NCBI GenBank assembly: GCA_002633005.1
Contig: NMRA01000153.1
Span: 84,042-148,041 of the forward strand
From: Phoronis australis
Lineage: Eukaryota; Animalia; Phoronida
Direction: 5' to 3'
Length of the DNA: 64,000 nt
Shown here: positions 38,023 through 52,400 of the stretch, in pieces
Layout: every line of letters starts with the position of its first letter
Position numbering within the stretch: the first letter of the stretch is position 1
The notes under the pieces: generated by a model
Seen by the model: only the letters and a program-made list of their open reading frames with translations
Database searches by the model: none
Told to the model about the DNA's origin: nothing
Made by a program: the position numbers and the translations under genes

Positions 38023-41000
38023 GTTGTTTTTTGTACTGCGAAGCTTTTGTCAAAAATGAAATGAAGAGTGAGAGTTTGGCACTTACTGAAAAAAACACAT
38101 GAGCTACACAACTAATTCTTCATGGCTAAGAATTTACCTTGATACTGTGGTGACGCATACTGCTGTCGTGAGAAACCCTACGTCACACTTTCAGTGTGCC
38201 CTCAAAAGCATGCTTGTGACCTTTTTCACTTCCGGCAGCAGTAATGGGAGCGGTGTTTATCAAGTATAAAAACAACAAACTGAATGTCGATTTAGGATAT
38301 GCGAAGAGATTTTACCATAGATTATAAGACGTGATGAGGATGTCGGTGGCATATTAAGCGTAAATGAGTTTTTCCTTTCACGTTATGTTGGTGATATTGC
38401 CTTTTTTGAGACGGCTCTCCGGTATCTCGAAAGCAACTATGCAGAGATGTAGGGTTTAAAACTATCAAAACGTGGTTGGGTAGCATAAAATTCTCAACGT
38501 GCATTTATTAGGCATTTGTGGAAATTAATATTGAACGAATCCAAGCTCAAATGTTGGGTATTAGACTTTAATACTGGAATGATATCAACCGCAGATTAGC
38601 TGGATAAAATCGAATGAGTCTGCGACTTAAGTCACGGGCAATCCGTACGTGTGCTATTTTCGAAGGGTTGGCTATCCCACATAAACACTGAAGCGTCTTC
38701 TTCAGTCGCTAATGATTGGTTTCGATGTTCTTGTTCGTAACGGAATCCTGACAGTAAAGAGAGACTGATTTTATGAGAGTCAAAGGCACAATTCGATTTT
38801 CGTTTTTAGCCAGCTGAACAGGATGAAATGCAGCTTTAAATAAGATAAATCATTTCTCGGTAACATAGTTCTAAAATTAGATGCGCTTAGCGGAGAAACT
38901 GGCCGACTGATGCCAAGATTTGTCACACGATATAAGAGATGTTATGCTGTAAAACTGTTTGCTGTTCATTATGTAGAAATCCAAATAATGCTGTGTCAAC
39001 AACTTAACTCTTGTTTATTGAATAAAGGATTTGGTTTTGATGGAAAGACACGGAGAAATATAACTCTTCATCTTTTAAGCCCATCCTAGATATCTTGGTT
39101 ATGTTTGCAATAGAATTTTTTTACATATGATTTTTTTATCTAAGTTTTCATTAGGGAACACAACTTTTTCTCCAGTCAACACCTGTGAGCAAGCAAAAAT
39201 ATTTTTTAAATGCCAACGTCATGATTATATAATTAACGTGTACGTGTAGACAGAAAACTTTGAAAATGCAAACAAAACGTATAGTTCGTGTCGTGTTGGC
39301 AAGTTCGTGTGTACGGATGTTTTTTTTTTGAAAGAGCTACAGGTGTACGGTGAATTTTTTGAAAACGTACACGTTGTGTTTGTAAAACGAAAGCGAAGTC
39401 GTGTGAACAGGTCCTTTAACGCCGCGTGTTTGATCTGTAAACTTGGATCTGTCAGTTTTTGGGAAGGCCAAAATCACTTCACTTCTGAGTAAGGAAGTTC
39501 TTTAGACGAATTTTATAGCCCCAAGTGATCTAAAACAAAACTTAGATTCTTCGACAGAAGCCAGACGGATTTGTAACCTCTTCAACTTTTCCCTAGATAG
39601 CATTTGAAAAACTATTGTGTGTTAAGGTAATTTCTAATGTTGTGAAAGTTGTTCTTTTCTTGACGCTGTAAAAAGAAGCTTGTTGGCTCCCAGCACTTCG
39701 TGACGACTCTGAAAGCTTTACAGGACTATACACGCGGTCTTATAGCTGCGTTCAGCAAGTACAAAACTGACACTTCTTGTGGGTGATCAGAGCAGTTAGA
39801 ACTGTGCATGTTAGTGTGGTAACGTGTCTAATGATATTCGATGGCAACTATTTTGGATTTATCCAATGAAGCTCAGGCGCAGCTGTTGCCGTAGACTCCC
39901 TGCACTAAATTAAGGATTTGCTAGTTGTTCTACTGCGTCTATCCAGGGGGTGCTTATCATTATGGAGGGTGCGAAAGAGAGGGCGGGTTGGATTGGAGGA
40001 CAACATGGCAACATGTTGAATGGTGCGCACATACTCCGAGAGGCACTGTGAATATATTAACAATACAAGTGAATCATGACACGTTGTGTTGTGTTGCCAC
40101 ATAATTTGCGTTAGAAGCAGAAGAAAGGTAGGATAATTCAATTTGTTTGTGTCTATTTCAAACGTGTCAACTGTCTTTGCAAGACAGAAAACCAAATATG
40201 TGGATACATCTCTTATTGCGCACTTCTGATTTCAAGGAAATAGTCTCCTGGCACTGAAGAACTGCTGAGTTATATAGGCCTAATTTAAACAACTATTTTC
40301 TACAGAAACGTCTTCTGCACACTCATTCGAGCCCCCCTCCCGAGTACCCCCTCTGGTTGCGCGCATGTAGATTACTAGAGATCGAGAGTACGGCACGTTT
40401 GGTAGCCAAGTCAGTGCTGTTGTAGCGTTTTCATTAATGGAAATTTATCAATCCATTCCTCCGGTTCGATTCATTATCTACAGCCTTGAGCCGCATCATA
40501 GTGTTTAAAACTACAACACTCCATTGTCATAACGTCAAGAACGACATTTACAAAACTGGTTCCCTGCCTAATCACTAGATGTCAAGAAAGTGGAATAGTA
40601 TGGAAATCTTTATGATTACATTCTTCTATTGTTCAGCAAAAACAGCACCATTCCAGTGGCAGCCGTTTTCATTCTGCTGGGTAGGGTAGTTCGCCAAACT
40701 CGCTTTTCGCTCGCGTGATTTTGCGTTGTTTTGCTTTTACGAGGTGAAAACCACTTATTTGGTGACCGTATTTCGGTTACCGGCAGTTCAAAATAAGCGG
40801 GGTAAGATTAGTACAGAAAGTGATGACGGAGACTGCTGTACTGAGCTCCCGTATAACCATGGAAGGAGCTACATGTTGCCTATTACTACATATATGGGTA
40901 TCGTGACGCCTTGTCTTTTTTACTTCAACTTACTTCGGAGACAAAGTAGTGCGTGCTAAAGGGCGACAAAGGAACGATTCGTAAATAAATTGTGTCAACT

Positions 41001-42432
41001 TGGATGAGAAGACAATATAAAGACATGTAGCTCGAGATTTTTTGGAGATTTTCCTGATCCGATCCGTCGGATACCTTAAACCATCATTTCTTTTTTCGGA
41101 CACACACGGAATTCAGCACATGAAGAGCTTATAATTATTGAAAGTAAGCCTGTCAACTTACATTCAACTTATGTTCTTGTTTTTTTAAGTGACTTATGAT
41201 TTTTCTTTATACGGATCAGTGTATTCTTTACATGCTGAAGATGAGTTTTTTGTAGCAGTTTTGGAATTGGTAATTCCTTAACAATTAAGAATTTTACTGA
41301 AATTACCACGCCTGCATAGAAAATAGGGTAGCCATGAAACGCACAACAAACGGAGCCTCAATAGGTGCAGTGTTATTTAGTGTGTGTTTGTTTGTTTTGT
41401 GCGCTTAAAACATAGTTTCTTTCAAAACCAACAACTCACGTTTACATAATACTCGGAGGACCGTAGAACCAATTAACAGTTCAAAAGTGCTGTTCACCTA
41501 CACACTCGTCAGCTCGCGATGAAACTGTGGATATTAAAAATGTGATATTCTTCTTCTATATTCAACTGACTTCTTGGTAATTTGCTGTGCATTAATTTTC
41601 CATGAAGATCGAAGCACTCGGACGACAACTCTCCGTGCCTCTGTCCAAAATTGGCCGGGATGACTTACAACGGAACTTGGGGTGCTCGTGGTGTGGTGCT
41701 GTAGAACACCATGTTACATGATGGACGCAAGGGTATTAATGACCGTTTCTGTTTTTGAGACTATCCTGTATCGGTAAATGTTGGGGAAACTGCAACATAC
41801 CGAGGGCCGGCGCAATATTTTACCAGCATTTGGTACACATGTGTCCGTGTAATTATTGCAACATTACCGAACCCCTTGGTTTTACATATTTTCACGTTTA
41901 TTTCATCGGATATTAATCGTTTAACTTTATCTCACCATCATCACCAATGTTGCAAGCAATTTTAATTGCTTAAAAGCACGCAGTACAGTCTCGCTTTTAA
42001 TCAGTTTGTCCTCTGGCTCTAGAAGGGTTAGTAACAAAATGACCAGTGTTTGAATGAAACCACTGACGCAAAGCTACATTGGAATAACTGTAATCTTGTC
42101 TCATGTATAGTATTCTTGTAGAATTGGAAAGGGAAATCTCGTTGCGCACAAGTTACCGGAAATGTAGTGTTTGCTTTTTCAATTTCTCAAACATAGTGTT
42201 CTTTATTCTTTTCTTACAAGGGCCTTACATGGGCTTGGCATATTTGTTACAAAGAGAAAACATTGCCATATCCAAAGCCAGATGTATTAGAGGCCAAGTG
42301 AGCATCGACTACTTATCACACATTGCTCCGCGATATTGTGACATTGAGTTGAAGGAGTTTACAACATATTTTATCATTGTATAACGGGTTCTTGTTTTTT
42401 ACTGTTTGTCATGGTGTTGTAAAAGGTTCGCC

Positions 42433-42522
42433 ATGCCTTTTTGTATGGCATCTGGTTGTTCGAACTTTTCGAAAAAAGTGTCTTCTAAGGGGAAAGACAT
42501 AGCATACCACCCGTTGCCCTAG
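42433..42522 (+). pseudogene. THAP-domain N-terminal remnant
   Basis: MPFCMASGCSNFSKKVSSKGKDIAYHPLP* fits the THAP start M-x2-C-x4-C-x-N...(F/Y)H-x-(F/L)P; truncated. Confidence 0.5.
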
Positions 42523-43158
42523 CGTTGGTGTAAACCTGTATTCTAAATTTATTCAGAATAAAATACTGTTCCCTTTAGTAGACAAATTTGGAATAATTGT
42601 CTTTTCATTTTACAAAAACTATGTCGTGAAGCAAGCTTAGTCTCACAGATTACAATAAATTGTAAACGCAATTCTGTTGTTGAGACTACGCTAACACATT
42701 AGGAATCGTTTTCTACATAATTCCAAATTTGACCAGTACTTAAAAACAATATTGGGTTTCACATTTTCATTTTCCTTTGATGCGACACTGTCATGCAAAA
42801 CTGAAATTCTCGATTTGGGTACGTTCTTTTTGGGAAGCTGGTTACAGAAAACATGTTCTTCATGTTATTGTAGGTTGACCAGAGTCACCTGACCTTATGG
42901 ATGTTACGACAAAATGATGGGTGGTTTTAAAAAATATTTAAAAATTTATGTAACTTTGCTTTAACTATATATTCAAGGACAGGTTTAGGTTTCCATTTTC
43001 TCCAACAGTCCAACAAATTACAATAGAGCACAAAACATACAGTGTAAAGGTACAAAGACTAGCGTACAGTAGATTTCAAAATAAACTGGACAATGTCGTC
43101 ATTTGACAAGGCTAACGAAATATATGTTTCTTTTCGAATAGAATCCAATTCAATGCTA

Positions 43159-46100
43159 TAGTCTAGACGCATTTCCTGAAAAGAGCCCTGTATAAGGTTC
43201 TAGAAGCATTTTTTAGTAAAAGTTGGGAACAAGACTTTTTCACACAATCAAGATATGGCGAATTCAACTAACCCTGTTCCCAAGCCGAATTTTGCATTTT
43301 TGACCATCTAATTTGCATAAACAAAATGGCGGCCAAATTGTCAAGTTTTTTTGTAATAGAAATCACCATATACCATTTAAAATGGTGAAATGTCTCACCT
43401 GTACACTTCTTATAAATACTTCTTGAGCAATAATCACTTCTGAACACTAAAAAATGCAATTCTGAAAACTAATTATGCAAATTAGGTGCCGCCATTACCA
43501 TACAATGTAATTTGTGTCTTAAGTTTGTGTTCCTGCAGGCTAACTTGAAAAATGAGTTGTTTATACTTATATTTTCATGGTCAACAAACATGCTAAAGAC
43601 ATTTTTTGGAACAATTTATTTCATATTTATTGGGTTATAGATGTATACTTTCAGAATGTGGAAAAAATAGTCATTAATCTGCAATGCTCGTCAAGCAAGG
43701 TGTCACTAGTTTGATGGAATATAGGACAAATGTTTACACTATCCCGTTATCTTCCATTCATAAAAAAATCAATATAGTTATTGCTATTGAAGACATTAAA
43801 TTCTCAGTTGCATGAATTATTTTCAGGCCTGCTGAACACAGTTTTAGCATTCACTTTTTGGTACTTTTTAACATGCCTAAAGCCAGGCAAATCAAACTGT
43901 GTGCATACAAGGAATGTGCTGCTGGCATGAGCATAATGATATGCATTGTCTGCTGTTGCGTTGTTTCTGGCATGCTCACAATACCATCTCTAGGCAGCTG
44001 TCTGGGACAGAACTCTGTGTCATCAGTATGGGCTGCAAGCATAAGTTTGTGTGTCCCTCCCATATCAGAGGGTGCTGGGAGCTCAGGTATGGAACAATGA
44101 TCATTTCGCCATACCTTGACCCCGGCGATAGTGCACTCTCATCAGATGGAAACGGCGGGCATTATGGGTGAGGGGGAAGGACTTCTGGGTTCACGGGGTT
44201 GGAGAATAGTAAATGGCGTGCTACATCTACAGGTCCTGTTGTATATTCTGCAGACAAATACTTCTGAAGCCATCGTAATTTGCTCAGTGATTTCACCAAT
44301 GCAGGGGTTCTTAAGCAATCTGTGATGCTCTAGGAACACCTTCCATGATGATTGTTTCATGTGATTGGCAAAGTACGAGTTGGTGCCAAACCCGGTCACG
44401 GCATGAAAAGCAAACAAGGATGTTGCTGAGTCTCTTAGTAGTTTGTTGAAAAGTGCTTCAGTTTGTATATATCGACATTTCTTTGATGTGCCTGACATCA
44501 TACAGATATGCTCACTTTGCATTTGTTGGAAGTGCGATACCAGAAGCAATAGAACATCGGGTGTCCCTGGAAATACGACTGACTGTGGACAGCATGCAGT
44601 ACCAATCTTGCATCTGCTTCTTCATGTGTGGATTTCAGAGTCCTCAAATTAGCCATAACCTTAGATGATTAATTTATTTCCAGCTCATCTTTGAACCCTC
44701 CTGCAACCATAAACTCTTTATCTTCAGGCGTCTACAAACACAGTTCCCCTGACAAGAAATGTGCTAGATCTTCTTTATTCTCAGCCAGTGCCCGAAAATT
44801 TGACCAGTTTTGAGGAAGAGGTACACCACGGCCTTCCAAAAATCACCTGATTTTCTGTATTCCTTTATTACGCTGTTTTCCTGTTGTGTATTTCATAGTT
44901 TCTTGTCTGTATCTGTCAAATACAATGTCAATTTTATGATATCGAAATCCTATGTTTAGCACTGTTTTCATGAATGAATCAGCCAGGTTCTCGAAGTTCA
45001 CATCACCATCAAGCTTCCCAAGAGCTACCAGTAATGCTTCGCCATCAATAATGAGGCAAGCGGGCGGGTCATGAAGTTGAATTGTTTCAGGACAGTCGAT
45101 GTGTTAACTATTAATACTTTGGCAAGTGAAGATTTATCTCCAGTGCGCAATGTGCCACTCGTTTCTGTAAGAAAACATTGACGGGAAGAAGCTCGTGTTT
45201 GAGCACAGACGGCAAATCAACTGGCCGACCCACCTCATAAGCCGTAGCTAGGCAGCGAAGTATATCTCTCTCTGCCTTAAGAACTATTTTCTTGTCTTTG
45301 TCTTTGGATTGTTTCACCACGTCATGTAAGTTGGCAAATGTTGGGGCATTATTTTTGCGCATAGGCGCGTGAATTGACATGTCTGAATTATCGCATCGCT
45401 CAGTGATAATCAGTCTCGAACAAATTTCTTAGTTTGTTCGAGTCCAAGTTCCTTGGCATGTAAAAGTGACTCTTGGATTAGTGCTGTTGCTAGGTCTTTT
45501 GTTGCAAGGCTTTGTAGCAGCTAAGGCCTTGCGGACGAGAAGACCTTCAATCCATGGAATGCGTAAAGAAGGGAACTCTCAACAGTTGCCTCGTGGCTTC
45601 GTTATGAAACTAAGTACTCCCGCGGCAGTAAGTTTGTTCAGCTACATGTATATGAGATTTCAGATTAAATGAGAGTGTCCACCTCCATAGAGCTGACGAG
45701 GTTTTGGTATTACCGATGATACCACCTCCTTTTTGCCTGCCCCATTTACCCACTGGTCAGAAACTACCTGACAGAGCATATGAGGAGATCACTTGACTAC
45801 AAAATTTCCTGCTTGAACCTCTGACCAAACAGACTGTGGAAGCTGATGTATCTCCTCTAAAAAGACCGCACCCCACTCGGGCATAATTCGGTGAGGCAGC
45901 ACGAGAGTAAATGAATAGAGATGCAGTTCCAAAATACCATCCCGTTGAGAGCCTGTGTACTTTAATAATATTGGAACCATGTACATGTAACTCCACCAGA
46001 AGCTGAAATTCACATCATCAGAACTACTGTTGACAAAATGCCCAGGAGTTTCCTGAACTTATCCTAATTGAGAAATGTTAAAAACTCCGGAATTTTCTGT

Positions 46101-47118
46101 GGATCATCATCTGCAGACATACTGGTAATAGAAGCATGACAGTCGCTTCTGCAATAAACGAAAGAAGGCTTGACACATGCAGGAGATGCCACAGAGCTTG
46201 CAAAGACAGTTTGTGTGCCCTCATACTGTAGCTTTGCTGTACGACTTTCCACTGAGGACCAGTTCCATAGGTCTTGACCAAGTACTGCACTCTCTATACA
46301 CACCTCAGCTATTCCGGAATCACTCATGTGATCTATGGCCTTGATAAAGTTCATTGATACGTGAAGAGCCACTAGACGAGGTACTGTATTAACATATTTT
46401 GGTATTCTGGGACCGACCACGTAAGCTCCATTAATCTGCAGCAGAGTGCTTGGTCGACTGTGAGGACGGTATGTTCCTGTCCAAAATGGGACGATATGGC
46501 AATGCATCTCTTTACAACAGTATTTAAAAGTCATGTTGTTATGTTTAAAATACTTTTATGTCTTATCTAAATAGTGAGATGTTCGCAAAAAAGCATTGAT
46601 AATTATGATTTCTAATTTTATTTTCAGACTTTATTAATGACATTTGTAACTTAGTGAAGATGAAATAAAAAGCTTCACATGTGTCATAATGATTTTTCTA
46701 GACCTTCAAAACATAGGTATAGACACCTTAGTTGTCATGTTTTGCCTGTAAATTGATAAAGTTACACCGAAATTTTTTGATAATGGCGAAGCTAATTAGC
46801 ATAATTGGGGAATTTAATGACGTTCATTAATATGCTTTTAAATTTAAGTGATCTAAACACACTTATATTATGTTTTTGAAGCAAAAATTTCCTAATTATT
46901 CGTCTCGTATTGTACTCCTGGTCTTACGAATGTTTCCTATCTTGTTGGTTTGGCGGCCATTTTGTTTATGCAAATTAGATGGTCAAAAACTCAAAATCCA
47001 GCTTGGGAACAGGCATAATCGAAATCAGCATACCATAATTATGCTAAAAAGTTAGGTTCTCCACTTTTACTAAAAAATGCCTCTAACACGCACATTTTCC
47101 AGAAATGCGTCTAGACTA
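43159..47118 (-). mobile_element. Decayed Academ-type (AcademX-like) DNA transposon
   Basis: Termini TAGTCTAGACGCATTTC (43159) and GAAATGCGTCTAGACTA (47118), imperfect TIR homology over ~170 bp, 3-bp direct repeat CTA on both flanks; internal frameshifted transposase, XPG-like nuclease and Cys-rich coding remnants. Confidence 0.8.
43850..46534 (-). pseudogene. Degenerate Academ transposase / XPG(PIN)-like nuclease / Cys-rich zinc finger polyprotein
   Basis: Fragments in shifting frames: RLVALHVSMNFIKAI..SDSGIAEV, NYAR, GNFVVK, GKKGGGIIG, LKHELLPV, HEEADARLVLHA, DVLLLLVSHF, LFAFHAVTG..NSYF....KQSSWK, ASEVFVCRIY, C-terminal Cys cluster; many stops and frameshifts. Confidence 0.78.
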
Positions 47119-48350
47119 CTAGAAAAATCTCAACAAAAACTAGGCAGGCATTGCTCCTTGAACGTAGTTGAAGTTGCGACAAGTTAGGCCTACTGCATAA
47201 GTCCAATCACAAATAAAGAATTAAAGACTAGATAGAACAATGTCACATTCAACTCTGACAAAAGTTCGACAAAACTGACAAATTATTCTGGAAAAAAAAG
47301 TTAGCCAAATTTGCTGTAGGCAGCGCGAACGGGTACCGACGGTGGGAGGCGGGCCTCGGCCAAGCTAGGCGGCGCTGGCGGGAACCGACAGACGGAGGTG
47401 GGCAAACACATGATTGAATAAATAATGCAAAAAATTATAATTGTTAAATAGGATATTTGAGTTTCACCACAAGGTAGTTAATTTAATACAGCACTAAAAT
47501 TTCCATAAGTCTATTTCAAGGACAACCCATCTTCTGCCTAACGTCTTCCATTATTTGCTTGGTGTGTGTGAACTTGAATTTTGCTAAACCTGAAGATCAT
47601 GTATGTGTGAACTTGGAATTAAATAAACATTAAATAATTCAGGTGAATTTTTCTTCAATGTAGAGAATTTTTTTCATTATTGGTCCCACGATCACCCATT
47701 TTGCCCGTTAACGAATTATGGATACGTGGACGTGATTATTTGAGTGAAGACGCCACGTTTTCTCGGGTATTCCAAGTTCACGTAGGCCCATACACGATAT
47801 TGAGATTAAGCGAAATTCCAAGTTAATATTCGACCTCCATAAGACACTCGAATTTGAATTCGCCCGGCATCCTTTTTTTCTTGGTGCACCATACCAAAAA
47901 TATGAATTAAGCTAAAAATCTGTATCAAATTCAGTTTAACTTGAAAAATCCGATGTTATATCGAAAGAGTATAATTTGGGCTTAGGTTTCGAATAAAAGT
48001 GTTTGCGTAAAGATCCATTTTATGAAGTCTGCGGAAACAGTATCTTTAACGGCAGATTATCACGTGTGATGACACTCCCATTCTCAGGTAGACCGCACTA
48101 ATAGCTCATTGGATAGCACAGTATGAGGCAAGCCAGTGAAGCAAGCAATTTTCCAAAAAAAAAAAAGATTCCAAGTACATTTTAGAGCATATTTGATACG
48201 ATACCTTTATAACTAATTTTAAACAGTTAGGATTTACATCAGTTGGCTCTGAATCGGACTGGCTGCTGCTTGGAATCGACATTGTTTTCTTTACATCAAA
48301 GGTCAAAGGTCTCATTTTCCATTTAAGGGAAATGTGCTTCGTTTATGTCC

Positions 48351-48666
48351 TACCAAGGAGTGTACCGGGAATTTTCGTAGATAAGCCCACGGACGTGTAC
48401 TCGGGAAAATTTTCAGGAGTTTTAATAACACCAAATAAACGCGCGGGCGTATATTCGGAAAAGGGTGCGTGTAAACGGAAAGTAATAGTTTTGCTGACTT
48501 TGACATTTTTTACTTAAAACTGTGTTTTTAAACGTTATTTAATAAATCCATAGTTCACCAATACCTTGTTCGTTTTTAAAAATGGTAATCCGAATAAACG
48601 TCCATGGGTGTTTCATCGAATGGCCCGGCTTATCTACGGAAAATCCCGGTAATACAATCCTTGGTC
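48351..48666. mobile_element. MITE with imperfect long TIRs
   Basis: ACCAAGGAGTGTACCGGGAATTTTCGTAGATAAGCC inverted against GGCTTATCTACGGAAAATCCCGGTAATACAATCCTTGGT. Confidence 0.6.
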
Positions 48667-48890
48667 ATACCAAATAAGGAGATGTGCTTTGCCGTATGGG
48701 AGAAAAATCGACGAAGTGACGAGCTGGTGACAGATCCCAGTAAGAAACTAAAAGAAAAATGCTTTGGTATTAACAGAAATTCAAAATCTTTTGCCAACAA
48801 ACCGTAAAAAATACCTGGTGAGGAGGTTTAATTCTGTTTCAGTGGTATAGAGAACCACTGGGCTGAATAATGCAATTTAGTCCGTTTTCA

Positions 48891-49486
48891 GCCTGGTTGC
48901 ATGAAAAAGTGTCAAATAGGGACTCAACTACTAGTGCGTGTTTGTTTCGTTCTTTACTCACAGCATGCGCGCACCCAGCCTTCAATATGGGGGGAGGGGG
49001 GGGGGGGNTTGCTAACAAAACAGCGGGCGGACTTTTGTCCCATTTTCTCGGACTTCTTGTCTCTCAGGGTCGGACCTTTTTGCCCACTTTGCCAAATAGA
49101 GGGGGGGGGTCATTCGAGCCCCCAGAGCCCCCTGGGTGCGCGCATGCACAGATGTTATATTTTTCTATCATTTCATCTTTAATATGAGCTTCTCTTTGAC
49201 AAATGATATTTTCTAATAATATAACTAAAAACTGAGCCCTTAATTGAGTCACAATGATTAGAGACTTGAGTCCTTAAATTAGGGGCATTGCATGAAATAT
49301 CTCCACTTGCTTTCAATAATATTGATAATTCAAGGTAGAGTTCACTCTCGATTTGTATCAAAGCCAAAAACTGACTTAGTAATGAGACTCTAACAGCCTA
49401 ATAAAGGACAATCTGTTTTCACAAGCTCACAAATAGGCAGTAGATTTAGATAAGCTGAGTCCCTACTGCTTCATGCAAACCGGGCA
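48891..49486. mobile_element. Second copy of the Harbinger-like MITE, carrying a nested insertion
   Basis: 49215-49486 is the reverse complement of ~34425-34670; ends GCCTGGTTGCATGAAA / TTCATGCAAACCGGGCA. Confidence 0.65.
48964..49146. mobile_element. MITE with CATGCGCGCACCCAG TIRs and 5-bp TSD
   Basis: Perfect 15-bp TIR, CACAG at 48959-48963 and 49147-49151; related ends at ~14968-15124 and 40355-40367. Confidence 0.75.
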
Positions 49487-52400
49487 CAGGCACCTTTAAA
49501 CAACGAATGCATCTCACAACTGCACAAAATGAACTTCCTAATGGAATGCAATTTATTGGACATACATGTAAGGAAATAATTCATTATAATATAAGAACAT
49601 AAATTACAATTGTCTGTAAATGAGATTATAAAGGTGGTCTTAACATGTAAGAAATGCACAAATATGGAACTCCATAGAGTTCTGTACCTCCTGCAAATAT
49701 AGTGATACACATTTTAGTTTTGGAATGTTTCCCATAATCTTAGATCCAAAATAGCTAATTGGTTCTGGTCTGCACCCATCTCATTACAAAAAACGTGCCT
49801 GCCCCATCACTTTTAGCCAGGTCCTTTCTTTAAAAGCTACATATTAACGTATCTAAGGTACAACAACTTAGTGGTAATCACCTACCGCCACCTTTGACCT
49901 CAGGATTATGTAGGACCTTATTCACAAGTCTACTAAACTATAAAAGTTTATATTTTCTGAAAGTAGAAAGCTTATAAAACTAGATTTTTGACTTTTTATC
50001 AATCTTCCATTCATTGGGTCATATAACCATGACTTCTTAAGTGAAATTTAGCATAAAAGTAGGTTTATTCATAGCAATACAAGGGTATCAGCAACATGAC
50101 TAAGTTTTGTTTAATATGACTGTTCAAGATGAAATCTAAGAACACTGCAATCGTTTGGTTTTCGTCTTATGCAACGTCTATAATTTGTTCATGCAAAACT
50201 TAAAAGTCTCGTTTTTAAAGGCTGCCAAACAAAAGTGGAACTTTTTAAAAACAATTCCTACCAGCATTTTGGAAAACAGTGCATAAATAGTATCTGAATA
50301 TTTAATAAGAACAGATCACCCATCCTCTCATATGATATACCCAAGTTGGCCTACATAACTTAAATTGATTAGGAACACACACTATTGAAAATATAAACAA
50401 GCAAATAAAACACTCCATCTATTCTCAAAAAACGCAGACCAGAACCAGCTACAATACATTTTGATCTTCACCAGGATTAGCATCCTGAGCACAAACACAA
50501 ACCACAATCACAGTTTTTCCTTCACTAAGACCCCTGTAAAAATTTTCATGTTTTCATTCTCGATCCCACATTTCTAACACATACCTGATGAGCACATTGT
50601 TCAACAAAACATGGAAAGAAAAGAGTAAATATTGTCAATTCTATGAAAACAAAAGATAGATGAAAAACTAATAAATGATGTTATGTTGTAAGACAACCAG
50701 AGCTGCTTTGGCAGGTCTAAAATGGCCAACTTCAAGATAAAATAAGAATGAAGTGGTTTACTAAGCAAACAATAACACGAGTCACCTCCACTGTGGTGAC
50801 AATAGAAAACAAAAGTCCTAACTTTCTTTACAACTGACACTTGTCATTGTGGGAAATGGGGTCACAATGCCTTACTACTAGGAAATATGCAGGACAGTAA
50901 ATAAAAACTCTAGAGTAACTGAATTGCAAATTTTTTGTTAATCATATCACTAAAGATAATAGTTTCTCAATCCAGCACTTATTCATACAGTCCGAATAAG
51001 TACACCTCTGTACATAAGTCTTGAATAGTTAAATAGCACATATAAGTGTCAGCGATGAACATTTCCAACACTGGATGACAATATTAATATGAACACAAGT
51101 TTGACAAAGGCTGTTAGCAATATGTAACCTCCAACAGATGGCAGCATTAAACTAACAGTAACTGACACAAGTCACATGCCATATCTGTGTTGCATCTAAT
51201 TTACTGTAGTTCTTCAGATAAACAGATATGCTTGTTAACAACATGAAAAAACAGTAGAAAGAGTATTTAAATTAATAACAATCGAGTAATTCCATACATA
51301 AATATAATCATTGGCATAAAATTTACTTAAAGACACAATTGAGCAAAAGTTTTCTTATTTCTGTATTAATAAGATTTGCGATTAACGCTGTGAGACAATG
51401 TCACGGACACGCCAGTGAATAATGATTGCTGTGGGAGACAACCGCAGAAAAACACAGCACTGTTTTTGAAAACCATTGTTTTGGAATAAATACTTTGTTT
51501 TGGTTCTTCAATACAGTAAGTTCTCGTTCCTAATTACCTCCAACCCACTGGAAATCACAGTTGGCTTCAAGAGGAAAATTGACCACCACTGACTGGGTTC
51601 ATTAAAAGTTTGTGACTTTGCCTTGACATAATTAGAACTCCATGGAGTATGACATATTGCCAAGGTTAAAAACTCAAACAATTCCCCTGAATTCTCCTGA
51701 GACATGATTACCAGACAACGAGATGAAGCAAACACTGTGAGATAATCCAATATATTTGATCAACATTATAAATTCTAGCTTTGACCTAATCCTTTGTATG
51801 AGAGTGATGTCCAGCAGGTGGTGCTGTATCTGTGTACCGAAGTTTTGAACATTCACAAATGATTGGTCAGAATGTCTTTATCATCCCATTCTGACAGTTT
51901 GTAACACTGAGATTTTTAAGCTGGGAATGTCTAGGAGTGTACCTTTAAGGTGTGTAGAATGCCATAACAAAATATGAAATTTTAAAAATATTAGTAATTC
52001 ACCCATCACCCAGCTTATTGCTTCATTACCAAGTTATCTGTTTTTAAAGAATATTTCAAGCAATAGCCAAAAGCCCTTGAACGGACAGCTTTAAATTTTT
52101 AACGGACATCTGTTACATAAAGCTGCTATGAAGCCCTTCTTAGAAAAAAGCTAATTTTAATCAATACTTCATTCAGATGTGAAATTTTTATGAGAAAGTA
52201 GATAAGACATCTGATCAGAAGGAAGATGAACAAATTAAAATGAGGTTTACAAGTACTTCATACCAGTCATCTCAATAGTACTTAGTACATCACGAATGAT
52301 TAAAATACGATGTAACATTCTAACAAATCACCAGCGATCACCTTGGGTGAACAGGGAATAAGTATAAGTCAGACTGCAATTTGGCGTTCTTGTGACAGAT

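Noticed and set aside
39850-41760. Promoter-like CpG patches and a short ORF with CSWCGAVEH at ~41602-41721
   Set aside because: No linked exon chain or recognisable protein; could be TE remnants or a lncRNA but not supportable.
48989-49008. Poly-G run as a G-quadruplex
   Set aside because: Lies inside a MITE and ends at an ambiguous base (n at 49008); length unreliable.
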